A DNA stretch of 63,572 nucleotides, counting the filler, from Collodictyon triciliatum (Eukaryota), in assembly GCA_043381765.1 (NCBI GenBank). It is 11 parts of 11 records of this genome, joined end to end, with 100 filler letters (N's around TTAATTAATTAA, not from the genome) between each part and the next. Parts side by side here need not be neighbours in the genome. Positions count along the whole stretch, not along the records: positions 22,757 to 31,930 come from JBHJMP010005096.1; positions 32,031 to 37,698 come from JBHJMP010005097.1; positions 37,799 to 43,381 come from JBHJMP010005098.1; 8 more parts are not named here. The stretch is one strand, 5' to 3'. Below the pieces are notes generated by a model that saw only the letters and a list, made by a program, of their open reading frames with translations, was not told the DNA's origin and searched no databases. Position 1 is the first letter of the stretch; each line of letters opens with the position of its first letter. Both the position numbers and the translations under genes were made by a program. Below, one piece after another: positions 27,925-37,943 of the stretch.

Positions 27925-29450
27925 TGCGATTTCTGGTTGAGTTCGAGACTGATAGAAAAGCGGATAAAGTTATCGGGTCGATGAAAGTACGCACATGACA
28001 GTTTCTTATCAAATCGATTCCGACGAGTCCTTTCAACCATTATCTCAGACAAGGTTTACATCATATTTCATTCAACAGGATGAGTCTTTTGAGGGGACAA
28101 CAGGACGCTTTCCTTGCGTTTCTTGCTGGGCGATTCATTCAAAAAGCGATACATCTTTGTTTGTCTGGAATTATCGGAAGTGGCGCTTGACCGTCCCCTG
28201 GTTTCGGAACCATGCGTGGCCGGCAGTGGACTTTGCTTAACCAGAGTATGGATACGCGTTTGTGGTTTTAGAGACATACGCTCCTGCTTGCTCGGACTGT
28301 CTTTATTGTGTGAAGTTCCAAGCTTGGATTCGACTTGTGGTGTCTGCTCTTGCTCCTTGGTTCTCGGTGCGACGGGCTGGGGCAGCGTAAACAGACTATC
28401 TTTGGTGGGCGCTGGTTCTTGTGTTGCCTTCGATTTGGAATATCCTTTCGGATAAGTAACGAAGTCTGCCTTGAGGCCTCCTATGTTAACCATATTCACG
28501 TCAGTCTGAATGGATAGTTTAAAGGGGTTTCTTTCGGGGTTTGGAGATGCGCTGCTCTTGGGTCTTGCGATGTGCGGGCTTGTCCGGTGTTGGCGGTGGA
28601 GGGCTTGAGTGTGAGGATTCTGAAGAGGAACCGAGATTTCCTTCCATGTCATCGTCGCTGTCGCTGTATGCGCGTATCTGCTGTGAGTCTTGCGGGCTCA
28701 GTTAATGCCTGGCCTTGGCTTCCTTGACTCCGTCGCTGCTTGTCTGGTTGGCAGGTGTATTCTTTTGCGGGGCTTTTGCTTGTCGTTCGTTGTTCGCGGC
28801 TGGCGGACACTCTTTGAGGATGCGCTTCGGACACCTTTTGTCCATGACCGTAAACTTTGCAGAGAGCTGGTTCTTGTGACAAAGAAGCTTCACCACGGCA
28901 GTGTCTGTGGAGAAGCCTTTGTCCTTTTTGGTCTCCACGTGGGTCGGTCTGAACGGCTTCAGCTCCTCACGAAGGAGTTGCGGCCACACGTCCAGCGGTA
29001 GTTGGTGGAGCATCACCGAGGTCTCTGTTGGTTTACTTTTGCTGAAGCAGTTTATAATATCGCTCAAACTTACCTGCTTCAGCTCCAGAATCTTTCGGGC
29101 GTTTTCTGCAGTGCGAGAGGTAATCAGGCAAAGGCCTTCGCTATCCGGTAAGGGAAATTGGATGGTTTTTCCCAATGTTTGTTCGCTTTCAAGTAGTAGG
29201 CGAGCGCATCTGTTAGCCTGCGGGCCTTATTCTTGTTGTAAACGACTTGCTTGACCCCGTGCAAAAATACTGTCCGTTCAGACAGACTTGCAGGCGGCTT
29301 TCTTGCACAGGTCTTCATTTGGACTTACGTGCAACTCGGGGTTTTTCCGCACCAGCGTTGGAACCAGAAGAACTGGCTGCAACTTGCGAAGCCTTCCATG
29401 ATATGATTCGATTTTTGTTTTGCATCAGGTGTGCGCAGCATGGTTGAAGT
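27925..29450 (-). mobile_element. Interspersed element with frameshifted LINE-ORF1-like (RRM-like) coding region and no RT; copy 1
   Basis: ERTVFLHGVKQ… and TSVMLHQLPLDVWPQLLREELKPFRPTHV…TAVVKL segments plus a long disordered tail, broken by frameshifts; ~27925-28311 closely matches 37311-37698. Confidence 0.65.
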
Positions 29451-30519
29451 CGATATGTAATTTACCCCATTCTTGAAGTTTTATCATCTCTTTGCATTTT
29501 TGCATGTGGAATCTATGTTGGTATTCGGTGAAGAGTCAACCTGCGATGAGTATGTCCGCAGTCTGTTCTCCTCCTCAAATCATACCTTGTGTGCCTATTT
29601 TGGTATCTGATTTGATTGAAACATGCGCTTCATTCTAGTCGTCCTACTTGTAAGCCTGTCTTGTAGGGTCGACTCATGATGCTTTGACTTCTCGAGCTTC
29701 TTTTGTGTAAGGACCAATCCTGTATTGAGCAACGATGAAAAAACTTGTGATTTTAAGTAAATATAAACAAATTACAAATTATAAATAAAAGAATATACGA
29801 AAAGGAACGAAGGGATTCAGATGGAGGAAAATCAGGATTCATCTCAGCGTTTCGAATTAAGCGACACAACTGGTGGTAGAAAATGACGGAGATAAATAAA
29901 CGGTAAATGAATCGGCAAGAACTAATTATAGCACAGGATAACCAGACTAGTTGAGCAAAAAAAAAAATTGAAATCACAATCTGATTTGCAACCCTTCTCT
30001 TGAGAACACTATCTTAACCAATATCTTCAAANNNNNNNNNNNNNNNNNNNNNNNNNNNNNNNNNNNNNNNNNNNNNNNNNNNNNNNNNNNNNNNNNNNNN
30101 NNNNNNNNNNNNNNNNNNNNNNNNNNNNNNNNNNNNNNNNNNNNNNNNNNNNNNNNNNNNNNNNNNNNNNNNNNNNNNNNNNNNNNNNNNNNNNNNNNNN
30201 NNNNNNNNNNNNNNNNNNNNNNNNNNNNNNNNNNNNNNNNNNNNNNNNNNNNNNNNNNNNNNNNNNNNNNNNNNNNNNNNNNNNNNNNNNNNNNNNNNNN
30301 NNNNNNNNNNNNNNNNNNNNNNNNNNNNNNNNNNNNNNNNNNNNNNNNNNNNNNNNNNNNNNNNNNNNNNNNNNNNNNNNNNNNNNNNNNNNNNNNNNNN
30401 GCAACTACTCTGAGATAAAACAACACCCCCAACAGCATATGAATTTCTGATAAAATCCTTCCCAAATACTGGATGACTGAAGCTTCAAATATGAAATGCT
30501 CTTGTGTGAAGGTGTTTAC

Positions 30520-31596
30520 CTTTGCGAGGACTTCGTCGTCAATAAAGAAGTTTCCTGTTATGCTTCCTTTCGGCTGGGATAGAATTGCGTGCGCAGCATC
30601 CGCAACAATCTCGGGCTTACGAGATTTTTTCATTCCCTCCTGCAAAATGATAGATAATTTAACATGATTTCCTGCTTGTAAATTGGGCCAGGGTCTCAAA
30701 CGAATGTAAATAGACGAAAAGAAGACTAAACGAAATAAAGCAACAAGAGAAGAAGAAGTATAAATTAGGCGAATGAGGCTCTCGTTTATATGGTTGAATC
30801 GAGAGAATCACACATACTTCCCCGCCAATCATTTCGATTGCTGCTGTGGCGATGTAAGTGCGAGGCCATAAGGCATTAACAGAGACCTGCTGACTGCGAA
30901 ACTCTTCAGCCATTCCTAATACGCACATGCTCATGCCATACTTCGCCATGGTATATGCGACATGGTTTTTGAACCTTCAAGGGCCAAAAATAGTCGAGAA
31001 TGAGAATAATATAAGAGAGATGATATTTTTTGGATTGGATTTCTTTGCAGAGGTTAGATATTATGTTGATAATTCAAAAAATTATATAAAAAAAAAAAAA
31101 GCTATCTGAATTTTGAATATGGTTTTTCATTTGTGCATACCACTGAGGATTCGTGTTCAGGGGCGGGGCAAGATTCAGGATATGCGGATTGGGCGACTTG
31201 AGGAGATATGGAAGGCATGCTTGGGAGACTGCAAAAGTCCCTCGTGTGTTGATTTGGTGCATGAGATCTAACAGAGGTATGCGAATTACAAAGGAGGAAA
31301 AGGTAAAGAGTAGAAAATGGATCATTTAAATAAAATACTTGAGTTATTACACACAAAATGAAATCCGAACAGTTTAAAAGCACAAATTCTGAAGTGCGTT
31401 ATGGATACTTTAAGAATAGACAGTGGCTGTTCTCTTTGTTGTTAAGGATATAAATATATTTGGTGATTATTTTGGAGATACCGTATCGTTTCATGGGTGT
31501 TTGGAGCGTTCCCGTTAAGCTTATTGCACTTGCATTATTGATGCATATATCAATACCTCCAAAAGCATCCACGGCTTTTTTCACAGCATCTTGAAT
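30520..31596 (-). CDS. HSDL2: HSDL2-like short-chain dehydrogenase (partial; 5' end missing, 3' end uncertain across N gap, possibly to 29674)
   Basis: FGGIDICINNASAISLTGT, DLMHQINTRGTF, PHILNLAPPLN, HVAYTMAKYGMSMCVLGMAEEF (YxxxK), VNALWPRTYIATAA, SRKPEIVADAAHAIL, TGNFFIDDEVL. Confidence 0.9.
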
Positions 31597-31930
31597 CTAT
31601 AGATAGTACAATTTCTATTAATTTCTATTTTCTTTTCGTTTTTCGTTTTTCGTTTTCGTTTTCTTTTTTCTTTTATTTTTTTCTTTTATTTTTTTCCTTT
31701 ATTTTTTTCTTTTATTTTTTTCTTTTATTTTTTTCCTTTTATTTTTTTCTTTTATTTTTTTCCTTTATTTTTTTCCTTTATTTTTTCTTTTATTTTTTTC
31801 TTTTATTTTTTTCTTTTATTTCTTCTTTTATTTTTTTCTTTTATTTTTTCTTTTATTTTTTCTTTTATTTTTTCTTTTATTTTTTCTTTTATTTTTTCTT
31901 TTATTTTTTCTTTTATTTTTTCTTTTATTT

Positions 31931-32030
31931 NNNNNNNNNNNNNNNNNNNNNNNNNNNNNNNNNNNNNNNNNNNNTTAATTAATTAANNNNNNNNNNNNNN
32001 NNNNNNNNNNNNNNNNNNNNNNNNNNNNNN
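31931..32030. other. Artificial scaffold-joining linker
   Basis: N44-TTAATTAATTAA-N44. Confidence 0.97.
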
Positions 32031-35000
32031 GCTCTTGATGAATACAAGAAATCACTGGACTTGAGAGTCAAACAGCTGGGCGAGAACGACTTGCAAGTGG
32101 CCCTATCACATGACCGCTTCGGAGACATCTATGTGAAGCAGTCAAAGTAATATTTGATCATTTATATACGTCAATATTCTGCTTTTTTTGTAAATATATA
32201 AGTATGCTGATCAATCTTTATGATAGGAATGAGCAAGCTCTGATTGAATACACAAAGGCCATGGAAATTCGCCAAAAGAAAGTGGGAAACGAGCATCCTC
32301 TTGTCGCAACATCGTATCAGAACTATGGCCATGTCTCTCTGGCTGGAAAAAAGTAGCATATATATCCATTAAAGACAGTTTTAAATACAGTTATGATATT
32401 TTTGAGAAATGTTAATATGATTGAATCACCAAGGTATGAAGAGTCTATTGAAAACTACGAAAAAGCGAAATCAATCCTTAAAAAATCGCTGGGAGCCAAG
32501 CATGCATCTATTGCCTCGACAATCCAGTTTATTGCGAGTGTTCATCTTGCCAGTGAAAAGTTTGGAATTACTAAATTTTAGATATTAAAATAAAATAATA
32601 ATTTTTCTTAAAATTGAATTTTTTCAAGATGAGTGTGGTTTTATATCTCACATTTGTATACTCTATTTATGGTTAAAATTTTACATCATATCATAATTCT
32701 AACTTATAAATATCAAATAAATATTGTCCTATATAGGAAAACTGAGGCCTTATCCTCATTAAAGCAATCGCTGGATATTTTCATGTCTGCCCTGGGTGAA
32801 AATCATCCGAATGTTGTGGCCTGCTATGAAATGATTGGAGACATCAGCCATGATTTGAAGAAGTATCATTTTATCAATTATGAATTACATTTATAATTGT
32901 GCCGAATAATATTTACTATATCTCAGATATAAGAATGCTTTGGAGGCTTATGCAAAGACACTGGATATTCGCGTGAGAACATTGGGCGAAAAGCATGCAG
33001 ATTATGCGACTTCTCTTGAGAATATTGGCCGAACAAACTTTGAGCTTAAAAGGTAACTTCTCTATTATATTAGAAAATCGAATATTTGATTAATACTTGC
33101 AAAATAATTTATAAATATTCACTAATGGGCATGCATTTAGATTGGACCAAGTCGTGGAATACTTCCAGAAGGCAGCTGCTATCAGAAAGGAGACTAAGAC
33201 AATCATGTCACTGAAAGATACTCATCAGATTGAAAGCATTATCCGCTTCATGAAGGAAAAGAAAGAGCATGAAGCCGTTATTCAGCTTTACAAAACGCTG
33301 ATTAATTTATTCAGCAAGCTTTACTCCTTGGATTATCCTGGGATATGGAACAGTTGTGAGGAAATTGACAAGACTTACAAGGAACTGAAGCAGCACAACG
33401 AAGCAGTGGCATTCTGGACTGAGATGAGAGACAAATTTGCTGATAAACTCGGATGGATTCACTTCAGAACATTGAACTCATGCGAATACTTGTCCGTCCA
33501 TTCAAAGGAAATTGGAATCAAAAAAGAGCCTGTCGAGTTTACAAGAGTCAAGGAATTCATCTGTGAAACTCTTGATGATGCAAAACTAGATGGGGAATGG
33601 AATCGTGAGCAAATAATCGCATCGTTATTCAGAATTGTCTCCATATCAAAGACTGATGAGAGCAAATCAAACAATGCATCTGCTGCAATCACACTTTTGA
33701 ATTTCATGAATATTTTGTTTGGTGGAATGGATTTATCAAACATCAAAATTCCAAATGCAAATCTCAGTAACTCAATCCTTGATGGTGCAAACCTCACTGG
33801 CGCCAACTTGGATGGTGTGGACTTCACGAATTCGATGCTTGGTGATTGTGTTTTTGATAATGCGCATATGAATAATGTGAAATTCGGAATTCCTCATTAT
33901 AAATTAGAAGGTCACACAAAAACTGTCGGAAGTGTTTGCAGTATTCAAGGACCGAATGGCGAAAATTGGTTGGCTTCTGGAAGTCTTGATAAAACAGTAC
34001 GTATATGGGATATAGCCACAGGAAAACAAATCAATACATTAGAAGGTCATAAAGATGATATCACCAGTGTTTGCAGTATTCAAGGACCGAACGGTGAAAG
34101 TTGGCTGGCTTCCTCTGGAATAGCTGATTTAATGATACGTATTTGGGATGTAGCCACTGGAAACCTAATCAAAATACTTGATTATACAAGACCTATTAAA
34201 AGTGTTTGCAGTATTCAAGGACCGAATGGTGAAAATTGGCTGGCCTCTGGAAGTGTAGATCATAGAATCAGTATTTGGGATGTAGCCACAGGAAACCAAA
34301 TCAAAACATTAGAAGGTCATAGAAATTATGTTGAGAGTGTTTGCAGTACTCAAGGACCGAATGGTGAAAAGTGGTTGGCTTCTGGAAGTGTTGATAAAAC
34401 AATACGTATTTGGGATGTAGCCACAGGAAATTTAATCAAAACATTAGAAGGTCATACTAATTATGTCAATAGTGTTTGCAGTATTCAAGGACCGAATGGT
34501 AAAAACTGGCTGGTTTCTGGAAGTGATGATAAAACAATACGTATTTGGGATGTAGCCACAGGAAATCAAATCAAAACATTAGAAGGTCATACTAGTTGTG
34601 TCAAAATTGTTTCCATTATTCAAGGACCGAATGGTGAAAAGTGGCTGGCTTCTGGAGGTCGAGATGATACTAACATACGTATTTGGGATGTAGCCACAGG
34701 AAACCAAATAAAAACATTAGAAGGTCATACTAGTTACGTCAATAGTGTTTGCAGTATTCAAGGACCGAATGGTGAAAACTGGTTGGCTTCTGGAAGTAGT
34801 GATAGAACAATACGTTTTTGGGATGTAGCCACCGAAAACCACATCAAAATATTAGAAGGTCATACAAGTAAAGTCAAAATTGTTTCCATTATTCAAGGAC
34901 CGAATGGTGAAAATTGGTTGGCTTCTGGAGGCGAAGATAAAACAATACGTATTTGGAATGTGGCCACAGGAAACCAAATCAAAACATTAGAAGGACATAC

Positions 35001-36933
35001 ATATGGTGTCAATAGTGTTTGCAGTATTCAAGGACCGAATGGTGAAAGTTGGTTGGCTTCTGGAAGTCGTGATAATACATTACGCATTTGGGATGTAGCC
35101 ACAGGAAACCAAATCAAAATATTAGAAGGTCATACGTATGGTGTCAATAGTGTTTGCAGTATTCAAGGACCGAATGGTGAAAGTTGGTTGGCTTCTGGAG
35201 GCGAAGATAAAACAATACGTATTTGGAATGTGGCCACAGGAAACCAAATCAAAACATTAGAAGGTCATACATATGGTGTCAATAGTGTTTGCAGTATTCA
35301 AGGACCGAATGGTGAAAGTTGGTTGGCTTCTGGAAGTAGTGATAAAACAATACGAATTTGGGATATAGCAACAGGAAACCAAATCAAAAAACTACAAAGT
35401 CATGAATATACTGCCAACAGTCTTTACAGTATTCAAGGACCGAATGGTGAAAAGTGGCTGGCCTCTGGAAGTGGTGACAAAACAATATGTATTTGGGATG
35501 TAGCCACGGGAAACCAAATAAAAACATTAGAGGGACACACAGGGTATGTCATAAGTATTTTCAGTATTCAAGGACCGAATGGTGAAAGTTGGTTGGCTTC
35601 TGGAGGCGAAGATAACACAATACGTATTTGGGATGTAATCACAGGAAATCAAATACAAAGTTTACAAAAATCAGAAGTTACCTACACCCAAGGAAAATAC
35701 CTTGTCAAGAAAGAAAAGCCAGACGAAGTCATCGCAGTATTCAAAAGAACAAGTGACGCGATGAACATGATTGACACCAACAGAATCCAAGACGCAAAGA
35801 CAGTCCAGATTATCGGCCCAAGAAATTTGCAAGGTGGAAACATCCAAATCAGAAATGTCACAGGATTGAGTCAATTCAGCAAATACCTCCTACTTTCCAT
35901 TGGTGCTGTTTCCTATGATGCGGACTTTGCTGCCTATTGTGAGCAAGGTAAATTCACAAAGTTCCAGGCTCAAATGATGGCTGAATGCTATGAAAATGGG
36001 TGGGTTGTTGAGAAGGACATTGAAAAAGCCTACCATTGGAGATACGTCGCCTTTCCAAAATTATCATTAGACTTTGATGGATTGAAGCAACTCGCACAAC
36101 AAGGCTCAAAGGAGGCATTCAATGTTTTGAAAGAAATGGCTGAAGTGAAACACGAAAGTGGACAATGCAAGTATCCACAGGCTGTTTCTTCTGTTGCTGA
36201 ATGCTATGAGAATGGATGGGGTGTTGAAAGCGACACCGAGAGAGCAATAATATTGTTTGAAAAGGTCAAAAAAATTGATAAACTGAGGCAACTAGCGCAA
36301 CAAGGCTCAAAGGAGGCATTCACTGTGTTGATAGAAATGGCTGAAATGAAACATGAAAGTGGACAATGCAAGTATCCACAGGCTGTTTCTTCTGTTGCTG
36401 AATGCTATGAGAATGGATGGGGTGTTGAAAAGGACACCGAGAAATCAGCTGAATGGTTTGGAAATGCTGAAAACTTTGATAAGCTGAGGCAATTCGCACA
36501 ACAAGGCTCAAAGGGTACATTCAATGTTTTGATAGAAATGGCTAGTATAAAGGATAATGTCGGAAGATGGAATGAAAAATACAAATATCCGCAGGCCGTT
36601 TCCATTGTGGCTGAATGCTATGAGAATGGGTGGGGTGTTGAAAAGGACATTACGCTGTTTCTTAAATGGGAAATATTTGGTGGAAAAGCTGAAAACTTTG
36701 AGAAACTTCGGCAATTTGCACAACAAGGCTCAAAAGATGCATTTAATGTTTTGACAGAAATAACTGATATTAAAGTAGACATTCTAAAGCACCAGACACG
36801 AGGAGAAAAAATTGGTGAAAAATACAAACATCCACAGGCCGTTTCCATTGTGGCTGAATGCTATGAGAATGGATGGGGTGTTGAGAAAGACTCCGAGAAA
36901 GCAGCTGAGTGGAGAAAGAAAGCCTCAGCTTAA
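32031..36933 (+). CDS. TPR + pentapeptide + 13 WD40 + 5 Sel1-like repeat protein (5' truncated)
   Basis: 126-nt TPR exons 32227-32352, 32434-32559, 32737-32862, 32927-33052 (plus partial exon ending 32146) spliced in frame to a single exon 33141-36933 with ANLSNSILDGANLTGANLDG pentapeptides, 13 GH…IQGPNGE.WLASG..D.TIRIWD repeats and 5 AECYENGWGVEKD-type repeats. Confidence 0.92.
33900..35660 (+). repeat. Coding tandem array of 13 ~135-bp WD40 units with high internal conservation
   Basis: CAAGGACCGAA(T/C)GG recurs about every 135 nt; segments starting at 34921 and 35191 are nearly identical. Confidence 0.95.
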
Positions 36934-37093
36934 CAAGGTAAGTAGTATAGTAAATGCATATTAATCCATGTTCGTTAACTATATTCATTTTAGATGGAGA
37001 GATTCTCTGGGTTTTTTTCAAGCAGACCTCCACTTTTTTCCCACAAGAACGCTCCATGAAATCAGAATAAAACCATTTCACAGCGGATTGATG

Positions 37094-37698
37094 TTTTTTT
37101 TTTGGTTTCTTTTCAACGGTTTATTGAGATAAAAAAAGCCGAGGAAACCGCCTTTGCCTCAAGGACAAAAATGAGCTGTGGACGAGACAGTGAAAACCCC
37201 GGATTGTGCGGTTGGAGTTTTTGTGTTTTGGGTGGAAAGAGAAAGAAAGTAGAAAGGAGAGAGAATGTTCTCACACGCAGACTATTCTACCCAAAGTGAA
37301 TCAGCTCCAACGCGATTTTTGGTTGTACTCGAGACTGACAGAACAGCGGATAAAGTTGTCGGGTCGATGAAAGTACGCGCATGGCTGTTACTTGGAAAAT
37401 CGATTCCGACGAGTACTTTCAACTGTCTATCTCAGACAATGTTTACATCCTATTTCATTCCACAGGATGAGTCTTTTGAGGGGACAACGGGTCACTTTAC
37501 TTGCGTTTCTTGCTGGGCGACTCTGACAAAAAGCGATGCATCGTTGTTTGTCTGGTATTATCGGAAGTAGCGCTTGACCGTCCCCTGGTTTCGGGACCAT
37601 GCGTAGCCGGCAGTGGACTTTGCTTTACCGGAGTATGGATACGCGTTTGTGGTTTTAGAAACATACGCTCCTGCTTGCTCGGACTGTCTTTGGTGTGT
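37094..37698 (-). mobile_element. 3' end of the ORF1-like element, copy 2, with AATAAA and poly(A) tail
   Basis: 37311-37698 matches 27925-28311; it continues through a ~200-nt 3' UTR to AATAAA (37120-37125) and an A10 tail (37094-37103) on the minus strand. Confidence 0.75.
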
Positions 37699-37798
37699 NN
37701 NNNNNNNNNNNNNNNNNNNNNNNNNNNNNNNNNNNNNNNNNNTTAATTAATTAANNNNNNNNNNNNNNNNNNNNNNNNNNNNNNNNNNNNNNNNNNNN
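37699..37798. other. Artificial scaffold-joining linker
   Basis: N44-TTAATTAATTAA-N44. Confidence 0.97.
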
Positions 37799-37828
37799 AT
37801 AAAGAAAATTATGCTTATCCAGTGATGG

Positions 37829-37919
<91 letters not shown>

Positions 37920-37943
37920 TTAATTATTTTAATTATTTTGTAG

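Noticed and set aside
33900-35660. CRISPR-like regularly spaced repeats
   Set aside because: The units are in-frame WD40 coding repeats similar along their whole length; no unique spacers and no cas genes
33142-36933. Alternative genetic code suggested by short fragmented ORFs
   Set aside because: Fragmentation is explained by introns; a 1263-codon stop-free exon and genes ending in TAA or TGA fit the standard code
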